This document shows, piece after piece, positions 10,965-19,892 of a stretch of DNA of 64,000 bases. Both the position numbers and the translations under genes were made by a program. Numbering within the stretch: the stretch's first letter is position 1; each line of letters starts with the position of its first letter. Below the pieces are notes generated by a model that made no database searches, had not been told where the DNA came from, and saw only the letters and a program-made list of their open reading frames with translations. This DNA comes from a virus: IMG/VR virus record IMGVR_UViG_3300008267_000019, positions 1 through 64,000 of that record; one strand, written 5' to 3'.

Positions 10965-11020
10965 TAGTAGCCTGCCACAATTTGCTGTCTAAAAAAGTGG
11001 CGGGCTACTATATTTTTATT
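10965..11020 (+). terminator. Rho-independent terminator with an unusually large loop
   Basis: 14-bp stem TAGTAGCCTGCCAC/GTGGCGGGCTACTA (one G-U pair), 18-nt loop, followed by TATTTTTATT. Confidence 0.85.
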
Positions 11021-11028
11021 TATCTTTG
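11021..11028 (+). promoter_or_regulatory. Bacteroidota-type -7 promoter element (TATCTTTG)
   Basis: TAnnTTTG immediately after the terminator and 17 nt before the ATG at 11046. Confidence 0.6.
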
Positions 11029-11045
11029 ATAAACCTTTAAAATAA

Positions 11046-11876
11046 ATGTCTTTAGTTCCTAAAATATCACTGTCTCTAGGTAATAAATGCAACTTAGTTA
11101 ATCTTATAGAAGAGACAAATCCTTATGAATTTACAACAAATCCTGGAGGATGGGGGGGCCCTAACTTAGACGCTTCTAGTATATTAACTGCAGTAGTTAA
11201 TATTTTTCCTTTTACATATACGCCTACAACTAATGCAGTATCAACAGGAAGTATTTCAGGAAACATATTTACAGATACTACACATTTAGCAGGAGTATTT
11301 GCAATAGGACAAACTTTAACAGGACCTGGAATTTTACCAGGAACTATAATTACAGCTTTAGGAACAGGTACAGGAACTAACAATGGAGGTACTTATATTG
11401 TAAACCTTTCTCAATCAGTAGGACCTATCACAATAACAGGTACTACTGTTTTAGCAAGTTATACCTTAAAGAATCCTAGTATTGATGTCTATACAGGACA
11501 AACAGGATATCCTGTATTAAATACATTTACTGCATTATCTGATCAACCTTGGAATGAATCAGATGGTATATATCAAATAATCTATACTATAGAAGATATA
11601 GGTTATACTAAATACACTAATGAAACTACACATCAATTATTTATATGTAATATATGTAATTGTAAAGACTCATTAGTTGTTAAACTAATAGATGCATGCG
11701 ATGCTATCACTGTTAAAAAACTTAAAGAACAAGTAGATCAAATGGAAGTATTTATCTACGGAATTCAATCCGCATTTGCATGTGGAGATTTTGATACTGC
11801 AGATAATATAATTATCGCAGCAACTAAATATTGTCAAACAGTAGTCAACTGCGGCTGTGATTGCGGAGACTGTTAA
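11046..11876 (+). CDS. Virion structural protein (possible tail hub / fibre anchor) with Cys-rich C-terminus
   Basis: Beta-rich N-terminal part with a GGWG motif and helical C-terminus ending CGCDCGDC; first gene of the fibre cluster. Confidence 0.55.
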   Translation: MSLVPKISLSLGNKCNLVNLIEETNPYEFTTNPGGWGGPNLDASSILTAVVNIFPFTYTPTTNAVSTGSISGNIFTDTTHLAGVFAIGQTLTGPGILPGTIITALGTGTGTNNGGTYIVNLSQSVGPITITGTTVLASYTLKNPSIDVYTGQTGYPVLNTFTALSDQPWNESDGIYQIIYTIEDIGYTKYTNETTHQLFICNICNCKDSLVVKLIDACDAITVKKLKEQVDQMEVFIYGIQSAFACGDFDTADNIIIAATKYCQTVVNCGCDCGDC

Positions 11877-11887
11877 TATAATTTAAA

Positions 11888-12619
11888 ATGTGTAACTGTA
11901 AAGATTGTAAAGGAATAACATTATTAAAAGGAACCGACGGAGTAGGTATTGTATCTATTACCGATAACGAGGATGGTACTTTTACTATTTTATTATCTAA
12001 TGGAACTACTTTTATTTCTCCTAATTACACGGGACCTATAGGACCTCAAGGAGATCCAGGAGAAGATGGCCAAAGTATTGATCATGTAAGCTTTACTTCT
12101 ACTACAAATCCAGGAGGAACTCCAGGTGCTGCAGGACAAACAGATACTTACACAGTATGGGGAGATGTTGCAGAAACTATTAATTTAGGAACCTTTGAAG
12201 TCTACAATGGCACTAATGGAGTTGACGGAGGAAGTTGTTGTCCTACTATTTCTATAAGAGATAATGAAGATGCACAAACTGCTCCAGTAGGAACATTAAA
12301 TGCGTTAATTATAAATCAATATGACGCTAATCCATATTCTCAATTTAATTTACCTTCTACAGCTGCTTTAGGATCTTATGTAGAAATAGTAGACGAAAAA
12401 TCTAGTTTTCCTACTAAAACAAGAGTTAGAGCTGCAGCAGGACAAACAATTTATTTTTCAGGATTTGGAAGTACTGCTTCAGGAGGTTATATAGAGAGTG
12501 ACAATAGTACAAATGGTTCTATTAAATTAGTATGCACACAGGCTAACACAAAATGGGCAGTAGTTAATTATGCATATTTTGATAATGCAGGTTTAATGTT
12601 AGTACCTACTTTAGTGTAA
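11888..12619 (+). CDS. Tail fibre-like protein with short collagen-like segment
   Basis: Starts MCNCKDC; contains DGVGIVSI and GPIGPQGDPGEDG fibre-type motifs. Confidence 0.6.
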   Translation: MCNCKDCKGITLLKGTDGVGIVSITDNEDGTFTILLSNGTTFISPNYTGPIGPQGDPGEDGQSIDHVSFTSTTNPGGTPGAAGQTDTYTVWGDVAETINLGTFEVYNGTNGVDGGSCCPTISIRDNEDAQTAPVGTLNALIINQYDANPYSQFNLPSTAALGSYVEIVDEKSSFPTKTRVRAAAGQTIYFSGFGSTASGGYIESDNSTNGSIKLVCTQANTKWAVVNYAYFDNAGLMLVPTLV

Positions 12620-12622
12620 ATA

Positions 12623-13552
12623 ATGGAATGTAACTGTACCATATCAATTAGTTACTCTATCTATATAGATCCAGATACTATAGAAGTACTAGAGTTTGAA
12701 TTAACTCCGTTACCTTATTTATATAATAATCAATCTATATATCAATGGACAGACACTAATCTTAATAAAGATTTTTTATTAAGATTTAATGGAGTTAATT
12801 GGGTAATAGTCACAGTGCTTGGAGGTGTACTATGTAGTACACTAACATCACCATTAGCTCTTATATGTCCAATACAAGAAAGTCCAGATAATAATTGGGT
12901 AGATGCAGAAGAATCGCCTTTATTTCATGTAATAACATATGGATCATGTGAAGTAAATCCTGTTTGTGTAGCATGGAATACAGATCCTGCAGAAACTATC
13001 CCTGATCCCTGGGATCAATATACTTTTGTTTTTGATGAAACTCCTGCAAATTCTAGTTTTTATGTAGGACAAGGTATAACATATTTTAGCAGTATGTTAC
13101 CATTAACTTATCCAGGTACAGAAGTTTATTATGTGTTTCTTATTTTTTACACTTCTGATGGAGTTAATTTTTACACTGAAGACGGCCCAGGAAGATATAT
13201 TTATGGAATAGTATTAGAAGATTCTGATGGAGAGTATATTATACCACAAACTAGAACTTTAAATACAGGATATTTATGCGTAGAACCTGCATATAGTACT
13301 CCAGATGAAATTAACCAAGAATGCTTTGATATATTAGTTTGGAATAAACAATGCGAATTTGCTCAATGCGTTTTAAACTATAGTAAGCTTTTAAAATTTG
13401 GAATAGCTCCTTGTGACATGTTAGATAATCTAAAAAACAAACGAAGAGTATTAGAGATTTTAAATTGCTATGATACTAGAGATATAGAAAATGATACTAC
13501 AGATTACAATGTATTATCATACAGTACAATAAAAAAACTATTAAATTATTAA
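12623..13552 (+). CDS. Hypothetical virion protein (Cys-containing, acidic)
   Basis: 309 aa ORF tightly packed within the fibre cluster. Confidence 0.55.
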   Translation: MECNCTISISYSIYIDPDTIEVLEFELTPLPYLYNNQSIYQWTDTNLNKDFLLRFNGVNWVIVTVLGGVLCSTLTSPLALICPIQESPDNNWVDAEESPLFHVITYGSCEVNPVCVAWNTDPAETIPDPWDQYTFVFDETPANSSFYVGQGITYFSSMLPLTYPGTEVYYVFLIFYTSDGVNFYTEDGPGRYIYGIVLEDSDGEYIIPQTRTLNTGYLCVEPAYSTPDEINQECFDILVWNKQCEFAQCVLNYSKLLKFGIAPCDMLDNLKNKRRVLEILNCYDTRDIENDTTDYNVLSYSTIKKLLNY

Positions 13553-13554
13553 TT

Positions 13555-14763
13555 ATGAACTACGAAATAAAGTCTGCTTTAACTGCATCTGTAAGAGAAA
13601 TATATTATGATAAGAACCTAAATAGAATGGCGTTTAAAAACGATTTAGGTATTATTACTCCTTTAGATAATATTAGTGTACCTGGACCTCAAGGACCACA
13701 AGGTCCTACAGGAGCAACAGGTGCAACTGGAGCTACTGGTGCAACAGGTGCTACAGGGCCCGCGGGTGCGCAAGGTCCTGTAGGTCCTGCAGGATTAAAT
13801 TGGCAAGGAGCGTGGTCAGCATCAGGAACTTATGTAGTAGACGATGCAGTAGGATATGGAGGTGCATCTTGGTTTTGTATAGCTAACGTAGGCCCTTCTG
13901 TAACTACACCTGATTTAGATCCTACTAATTGGGCATTATTAGCATCTCAAGGAGCAGTAGGTCCGCAAGGGCCTGCAGGAGTTAATGGCGCAGCAGGTGC
14001 AGCAGGAGCACAAGGACCTCAAGGTATTGCAGGACCTAATATAGTAGTAATTGATTCTACAGGTATTACTAGTGGTACAGCTACTAGAGTGTTATTTGAA
14101 AGCACTGCAAATCAAGTAAGTGAAGATGCAAGATTTTTATATAACTCAGCAATAAGCTCATTAAATAATACAGGTAAAGCAAATGTTTTAACAAATACTG
14201 CTTTTGGACATGAAGCTTTATCAAATACTTCTGCAACAGGAAATACTAATACTGCTATAGGATACTCAGCTCTTACTAATACTACTACAGGATTTTCAAA
14301 TACTGCCGTAGGGTATAATACTTTAGCATCTAACACAATAAACACAGGAAACACTGCAATAGGTTATAGTGCATTAGCAAATAATAATGGAAATGACAAT
14401 GTTGCACTAGGATATGAAGCATTACAAGGAAATGGCGCAGGAAGTAATAATGTTGCAATAGGGTACGGTACATTAATTGCCAATGATACAGGTTCTAATA
14501 ATGTTGTATTAGGTTATAAAGCAGCACAAGATAATATTTCTGGAAATAATAATATAGTAATAGGAGACAATGCTTCTACAGGTGACCAAAATTATTGTTT
14601 AGTAATAGGTACTAATGCTATTCCACAATTTGATAATGAAGTAGTAATAGGATCTTCTACAGAACCTTTAGGAACTGTTAGCTCAGGAGCCCCTACTGCA
14701 ACTGATAAATGGGAAATAAGAATTAATGGAATTAGATACTATATTCCTTTAGAAGCAATATAA
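13555..14763 (+). CDS. Tail fibre / adhesin with collagen G-X-Y repeats and beta-roll repeats
   Basis: [15 protein letters not shown]... repeats, followed by about ten ~14-aa [18 protein letters not shown] repeats resembling trimeric autotransporter (YadA-like) heads. Confidence 0.8.
   Translation: MNYEIKSALTASVREIYYDKNLNRMAFKNDLGIITPLDNISVPGPQGPQGPTGATGATGATGATGATGPAGAQGPVGPAGLNWQGAWSASGTYVVDDAVGYGGASWFCIANVGPSVTTPDLDPTNWALLASQGAVGPQGPAGVNGAAGAAGAQGPQGIAGPNIVVIDSTGITSGTATRVLFESTANQVSEDARFLYNSAISSLNNTGKANVLTNTAFGHEALSNTSATGNTNTAIGYSALTNTTTGFSNTAVGYNTLASNTINTGNTAIGYSALANNNGNDNVALGYEALQGNGAGSNNVAIGYGTLIANDTGSNNVVLGYKAAQDNISGNNNIVIGDNASTGDQNYCLVIGTNAIPQFDNEVVIGSSTEPLGTVSSGAPTATDKWEIRINGIRYYIPLEAI
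13684..13795 (+). repeat. Collagen-like 9-bp-period coding repeat
   Basis: Runs of GGAGCAACA/GGTGCAACT/GGAGCTACT encoding (G-A-T)n and (G-P-Q)n. Confidence 0.8.
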
Positions 14764-14765
14764 TA

Positions 14766-14903
14766 ATGGACAAACAAGAAGCTATAAATATTTTAGAACA
14801 AGCTTTAAATGCTGCTAATCTAAAAGGCGTATATTCACTTGCTGATATACAAACTATATTGACAGCATTAGAAGTTATTAAAAACGACATAATTAAAAAT
14901 TAA
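14766..14903 (+). CDS. Small hypothetical protein, 45 aa (not in ORF track; possible fibre chaperone)
   Basis: MDKQEAINILEQALNAANLKGVYSLADIQTILTALEVIKNDIIKN* fills the gap between 14763 and 14909. Confidence 0.7.
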   Translation: MDKQEAINILEQALNAANLKGVYSLADIQTILTALEVIKNDIIKN

Positions 14904-14908
14904 ATATC

Positions 14909-15364
14909 ATGCCACAATTACAAGCAGCCATAGTAGGCCATAATAATACAAGAGCAGCAGTAACAGGTCAAGAAGAATTACTTGTAAGAGTAAATTCTAC
15001 TGGTACTTTTAGTCAAGATGTAAATATTAAAAATCCTCTAAGTCAATTAATTGCAACAGACTCTGTATCAGTAGTATTAACTTCTGACCAAGCTGATTTA
15101 GTAATTACTCCTGTTATTATTGTATCATCAGGAGATTCGTCTACATTAATTGGTAACAGCACTAGGTCTATTTCATTTGCAAGTAATGGAACAGCTAATG
15201 CACTAGTAACATTTGACGGAGGCGCTACAATAGTAGCGTTACCTGCAGGAACAACTGTTAATATGGACGCAGGAGGATTAGGTAATTTTTATCAAGGAAA
15301 TAGTTTCGGATATGATACTGCTACTAATGCTGGAGCTTCTTTAATAATTACTTATAATATATAA
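14909..15364 (+). CDS. Hypothetical beta-rich virion protein
   Basis: 151 aa, S/T/G/V-rich, within the fibre cluster. Confidence 0.55.
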   Translation: MPQLQAAIVGHNNTRAAVTGQEELLVRVNSTGTFSQDVNIKNPLSQLIATDSVSVVLTSDQADLVITPVIIVSSGDSSTLIGNSTRSISFASNGTANALVTFDGGATIVALPAGTTVNMDAGGLGNFYQGNSFGYDTATNAGASLIITYNI

Positions 15365-15369
15365 GTAAA

Positions 15370-16614
15370 ATGGGAACAATTATCTCTACACCTGGATTAA
15401 ATAATTTTAATTTATTAAATAATCAACCTATGCTTGCTGATGCATTTGGTAGATTAAGAGTATCCACACCTTTAACTTTATTTGATTCTTCTCATAGATA
15501 CAAAGACAATGGTTTATGGAATACGTATACTGCTAGTGGAGGTACTGCCGTATTTAGTCCTAATGAAGGTTTGATGAATCTAAATGTAGATACTACAGCT
15601 GGATCAGAAGTTCTTAGAGAAACTACTAAAGTGTTCTCCTACCAACCAGGTAAGTCATTACTAGTATTAAATACATTTGTAATGGCTCCTAGTCAAAAAT
15701 TTTTAAGACAAAGAGTAGGTTACTTTGGTACAGATAATGGTATTTATTTAGAGCTTAATGATACTGATGGATTATGTTTTGTAGAAAGAAGTTTAGTAAC
15801 TGGAGTTGCTACAGATACTCTTGTTCCTCAAAACTCTTGGAATGTAGATAGATTAGATGGCTCTGGACCTTCAGGAATTGTTTTAGACATAAGAAATGCT
15901 CAAATCATGTTTATGGATATTGAGTGGTTGGGAGAAGGAACTGTAAGAATAGGTTTTATTATAGACGGTAACTTTATACTTTGTCATAGATTTAATCATG
16001 CCAACTTAATTACATCAACATATATTACTACAGCATCTCTTCCGTTAAGATATGAGATAACTAACTTAGGTGTTACAGATAATCCAAGCACATTAAAACA
16101 AGTTTGTTCTAGTGTTATATCTGAAGGAGGATATGAACTTAGAGGAGCTCAATTGGCTATTGGTACAGATATCACAACACCCACAAGTTTAGCTGTAGCA
16201 GGTACTTATTATCCTATTGTTAGTATAAAACTTAGATCAGCTTATGAAGATGCAGTAGTTATATTAACTGCTTTATCTATTATGGGTGTAGCAACTGGTA
16301 TATATAACTGGAAAATAGTAGCTAATGGTGCTACAGCTGGAGGCGCATGGGTTCCTGCAGCAGTAGATTCTGCTGTAGAATATAATATAACAGGAACTAG
16401 TTTTGCAGGAGGTAGAACACTAGCATCTGGATTTATTACGTCAACTGCACAAGCTTCAGTTAATCTAGATATACTTAAAGAAGCTCTATTTAACTTTCAG
16501 TTAGAAAGAGATACATTTACAAGTAAAACTTTTGAGATTACATTAATAGTAAGTGCTAGTACTAATACAGAGTTGATTTATGCATCAATGGACTGGGAAG
16601 AAGTAAGCAGATAA
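15370..16614 (+). CDS. Putative tail-associated beta-sandwich (lectin-like) protein
   Basis: DAFGRLRVS, YQPGKS and WLGEG motifs recalled from a family common in aquatic phage tail clusters. Confidence 0.55.
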   Translation: MGTIISTPGLNNFNLLNNQPMLADAFGRLRVSTPLTLFDSSHRYKDNGLWNTYTASGGTAVFSPNEGLMNLNVDTTAGSEVLRETTKVFSYQPGKSLLVLNTFVMAPSQKFLRQRVGYFGTDNGIYLELNDTDGLCFVERSLVTGVATDTLVPQNSWNVDRLDGSGPSGIVLDIRNAQIMFMDIEWLGEGTVRIGFIIDGNFILCHRFNHANLITSTYITTASLPLRYEITNLGVTDNPSTLKQVCSSVISEGGYELRGAQLAIGTDITTPTSLAVAGTYYPIVSIKLRSAYEDAVVILTALSIMGVATGIYNWKIVANGATAGGAWVPAAVDSAVEYNITGTSFAGGRTLASGFITSTAQASVNLDILKEALFNFQLERDTFTSKTFEITLIVSASTNTELIYASMDWEEVSR

Positions 16615-16624
16615 TATATAAGCA

Positions 16625-17233
16625 ATGAGTACAAGAATAGATATAAAGCCAGAATCTGATCCACCTGTAGGAGCTACTCTAATGAAGAGTGGACAGACTA
16701 CATCTTACCGTACAGGAGATGATGGAGATATAGAAGCTGGTAGAGCTACTTCATTTAGTGTACTTGCAAGTAATAATCCATTTGGAAACACGAATAGATT
16801 TACCGATGAGTTAGGCAATCAAACGTATACGAATAATATTGTAATTGATTGGTCTACTTACAACGGCTCTAACGTACTTGGAATTTCAAGAATAGCTATA
16901 CCAACGGGGAACACTTGGAACCAAGCAATAGATAATTCTTTGTCTTATTCGATAGGTTCTTTTACAACGGGTTGGAGATTACCAAATATAAAAGAGATTT
17001 TCAACTTAATGAATTTCGCAAACGACCAAAACAACTTATTAAATTACTCCCCATTCAATTTTTCTTCTGTAGGTAGAGTATATTGGAGCTCAAATACTGT
17101 CTTAAACGCAACTACACAAGCATATGTATTGACAAATATTGGTACATTGAATGTGTCTGCTAAAACAACTTCTGTTGCCTACACCTATTTCAGAGTAAGA
17201 ACATTCACAGTAACGGGAACAACTTTAACTTAA
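16625..17233 (+). CDS. DUF1566 / Lcl C-terminal (C-type-lectin-fold) domain protein, putative receptor-binding
   Basis: TWNQA...GWRLPNIKEI...YWSS motifs; N-terminal SGQTTSY..GDDG. Confidence 0.75.
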   Translation: MSTRIDIKPESDPPVGATLMKSGQTTSYRTGDDGDIEAGRATSFSVLASNNPFGNTNRFTDELGNQTYTNNIVIDWSTYNGSNVLGISRIAIPTGNTWNQAIDNSLSYSIGSFTTGWRLPNIKEIFNLMNFANDQNNLLNYSPFNFSSVGRVYWSSNTVLNATTQAYVLTNIGTLNVSAKTTSVAYTYFRVRTFTVTGTTLT

Positions 17234-17240
17234 AAATATT

Positions 17241-17474
17241 ATGGCAACTTATAAATTTCCTCAATTTAATACAGAAATTACTAACCCAACTGTGACAGTA
17301 ACAGTTGTTAATGATTTTATTCAAGAAAGACTTTGTAATGCAGAAGTAATACTTTCTGTACCAGATGCAAACTTTGGTGTAATATTTTATGGTTATACTT
17401 ATACTACAGATTGGAATGACCAGGATATTATAGCTTGGGTAAATAATGTTGAACTTCCCAAATATGAAATATAA
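17241..17474 (+). CDS. Small hypothetical protein
   Basis: 77 aa; stop overlaps the next start (TAATG). Confidence 0.6.
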   Translation: MATYKFPQFNTEITNPTVTVTVVNDFIQERLCNAEVILSVPDANFGVIFYGYTYTTDWNDQDIIAWVNNVELPKYEI

Positions 17475-17974
17475 TGAAGGAAGAGGCAACATCAGGTTTT
17501 ATAGGATTTAGTAGCCCATTAGATTTTTTCTATTCACTTGTTGGTGCTAAAAGTTGGACAATTAATGCTGGTGCAGCATTTATTGCAGGATTAACTTCTT
17601 TTATTACAAATTATATTTGGGATGATCCTACAGCAGTATATACTCTTTGGTCATTAATGTTTGCAGATTGGATGTCAGGTATTATTAAAGCAGTTGTTAA
17701 TAAACGTTTTGTAAGCTTTAAAATATGGAGAATGCCTTTATATTTTGTAGCTACTTCATATATTTTACACATATCTTGGTATATGGCAAAAAGCAACGGG
17801 ATATATTACTATTTACCAGCAGTTGTAATAGGCGGATTCTATTCTGTATATTTTGTATCTTTATTAGAAAACTTAGGAGATATAAAAGCACTGCCAAAGC
17901 CTTTAGTAAAAATTCTTAAATCTAGATTTGGTTTAAAGAAGTTAATAGAAAAAGACGAAAAAAATGATGAATAG
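17474..17974 (+). CDS. Holin (phage holin 4 / toxin-secretion-holin-like)
   Basis: Three to four hydrophobic helices, D..SG..KA motif, SLLENLG..LPK.L motif and a charged C-terminal tail. Confidence 0.75.
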   Translation: MKEEATSGFIGFSSPLDFFYSLVGAKSWTINAGAAFIAGLTSFITNYIWDDPTAVYTLWSLMFADWMSGIIKAVVNKRFVSFKIWRMPLYFVATSYILHISWYMAKSNGIYYYLPAVVIGGFYSVYFVSLLENLGDIKALPKPLVKILKSRFGLKKLIEKDEKNDE

Positions 17975-18146
17975 ATATTATAGACCAACACCTCTTAAAT
18001 GGAGAAAAATAGGAGATACTTTATTAATAATTAGTACTACTATTACTACATTTGCAATAACTGAGCAAATAGAGTGGCTAGCGTATGTTGCTTTATTTAT
18101 AGGTGTAGTAGGTAAATTTTTAAGTAACTTGTTTGTAAAAAAATAA
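17964..18146 (+). CDS. Small two-helix membrane protein (holin-like)
   Basis: Basic N-terminus (PTPLKWRKIGD) followed by two hydrophobic segments. Confidence 0.6.
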   Translation: MMNRYYRPTPLKWRKIGDTLLIISTTITTFAITEQIEWLAYVALFIGVVGKFLSNLFVKK

Positions 18147-18179
18147 CAAGTTATATTATATAAATCAAATAAAAACAAC

Positions 18180-18476
18180 ATGGCAAAGAAAAACGTAAAA
18201 AACGTTGATGTAACTGTAGAAGCAGGAAAAGCAAAAGTTACAGTAGTAAAGAAAGAAAAGCAAGTTAAAGTTGCAGTAGATACTCCTAATGTAGATGTAA
18301 CATTTAACAAAGAAGATGAAAACAACAAAGAGTTTGTATTAGATACTAAAAAACTTGATGTTACCGTAAAGAAAGAAGAAGGTGTTACTACAGTAGAAGT
18401 AAAGTCAGAAAATGGATTACTTAGACAAGTAGGTAAAATTCTTTCTAAAGTTATTTTAAGAAGAGCTAATAAATAA
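18180..18476 (+). CDS. Small K/V/D-rich beta-repeat protein
   Basis: 98 aa with repeated VDVT/LDVT-like strands; A-rich leader. Confidence 0.6.
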   Translation: MAKKNVKNVDVTVEAGKAKVTVVKKEKQVKVAVDTPNVDVTFNKEDENNKEFVLDTKKLDVTVKKEEGVTTVEVKSENGLLRQVGKILSKVILRRANK

Positions 18477-18480
18477 CAAA

Positions 18481-19599
18481 TTGAAAAATCTCCCAAAAGA
18501 AGAGTTATTAAGTAGGCTAGAAGCAATTAACAGAAGTAATGCTATTATCTACTTTGACCTTGCTGGTATTATACTAGGGGTCAATGACATTTTTTTGGAG
18601 GCAATGGGTTATGGTAAAGGCAACCATGATGATATCATTGGTAAACACCATAGCATTTTTGTTTGTGAAGATTATTCAAAATCATTTGAATATGAGAAAT
18701 TTTGGGATATTCTAAGAAGTGGTAAGTATTACACTGGAGAATTTGAAAGAAGAAAAAAGGATGGAAGTCTTATTAATCTTCAAGCAACTTACAATCCTAT
18801 ATTTAATGAGGATGGTAAGATTACCAAAGTTATGAAGATTGCTACTGACATTAGTTTAATTGTCAATAGTAAGAAACAGATAGATGCCATCAACCGAAGT
18901 ACTGCTCTTATTAGTTTTAACACAGATGGTTTTATAACAGATGCTAATTCTATATTTTTAGAAACAATGGGATATAAAGCCAATGAAAAGGCTAAAGTCA
19001 TTGGGAAACATCACAGCATTTTTGTTAGCTACGAGTATTCTAAATCTGATGAATATGCTAAGTTTTGGGAAAGTCTGAGAAAGGGTAAGTTCTTTGATGG
19101 AATATTTGAAAGAAGAAAAGTAGATGGATCTACTGTTTATTTACAAGCATCTTATAATCCTGTAGTAGACAGCAAAGGAAATATAACAGATGTAGTTAAA
19201 ATTGCAACTGATGTAACTGAAGCTGTAAACAATGAAAAAAAGATAGAGGATCTTTCAAAAAATCTACAAATAGAACTAGACAACTCTCAAAAACTTAAGA
19301 ATGCAATAGAGATAGAAAAGGATGCAGCTTTGAATGACTTAGATGTAATGATGAAAAAAAGCCAAAGTGAGCTAATTAAAATCATTGTTAAAGTTGCATT
19401 GGCTGTTATAGTTGGAGTTGGACTTGTAACAACACTATTATATTGGGTTGCCATTGTAACAAGTCAAGATACTCAGATCATTGGATCAACTTGGAGTAAT
19501 ATGTTTAGTGTATTATTAACTAATGCCTTTTCAATAGTAGGTACAATCATGGGTATCAAGTATGCTACTCAGGAAACTGGAGGTAAACAAAAAAAATAA
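18481..19599 (+). CDS. Tandem PAS-PAS sensor protein with coiled coil and two C-terminal transmembrane helices
   Basis: Two BdlA-like PAS/PAC repeats (AINRS.A.I.F...N..FL..MGY...IGKHHSIFV...FW..LR.G...YNP....G....V.KIATD). No MCP, kinase or GGDEF output domain. TTG start codon. Confidence 0.9.
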   Translation: MKNLPKEELLSRLEAINRSNAIIYFDLAGIILGVNDIFLEAMGYGKGNHDDIIGKHHSIFVCEDYSKSFEYEKFWDILRSGKYYTGEFERRKKDGSLINLQATYNPIFNEDGKITKVMKIATDISLIVNSKKQIDAINRSTALISFNTDGFITDANSIFLETMGYKANEKAKVIGKHHSIFVSYEYSKSDEYAKFWESLRKGKFFDGIFERRKVDGSTVYLQASYNPVVDSKGNITDVVKIATDVTEAVNNEKKIEDLSKNLQIELDNSQKLKNAIEIEKDAALNDLDVMMKKSQSELIKIIVKVALAVIVGVGLVTTLLYWVAIVTSQDTQIIGSTWSNMFSVLLTNAFSIVGTIMGIKYATQETGGKQKK

Positions 19600-19605
19600 A
19601 ACAAT

Positions 19606-19890
19606 ATGAGAAAATTTTTTAGAGAGCTAGTCTCAGAAAACAACTATATAAATGAACAAACATTTGTGGGTGTAGTAGCTTTTTTTGCTATGGTATTTAT
19701 TTTAATAGTTGATGTAGTTACAGGCATTTGGGGTAAAGAATTAATCATCAAAGAATTTATTTTTGATGGATTTATGATTATCACTCTAGGTGCATTTGGA
19801 ATTACTACAGCTGGTAAAATACTTTCTCAGAAGAAAAAAGAAGAAGTAAAAGAAGAAGAAGAAGTAAATAATCAAGAAGAAATAGGATAA
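19606..19890 (+). CDS. Two-helix membrane protein with charged C-tail (holin-like)
   Basis: Hydrophobic segments FVGVVAFFAMVFILIV and FMIITLGAFGI, KKKEEVKEEEE tail, directly upstream of the endolysin. Confidence 0.65.
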   Translation: MRKFFRELVSENNYINEQTFVGVVAFFAMVFILIVDVVTGIWGKELIIKEFIFDGFMIITLGAFGITTAGKILSQKKKEEVKEEEEVNNQEEIG

Positions 19891-19892
19891 TT

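Noticed and set aside
17964-17972. Dual-start (holin/antiholin) motif at ATGATG
   Set aside because: The two Met codons are adjacent with no charged residue between them, unlike the lambda S Met-Lys-Met arrangement.
18481-19599. Methyl-accepting chemotaxis protein or host contamination
   Set aside because: There is no MCP signalling hairpin, and the gene is tightly packed (4 and 6 nt gaps) between phage lysis-region genes.
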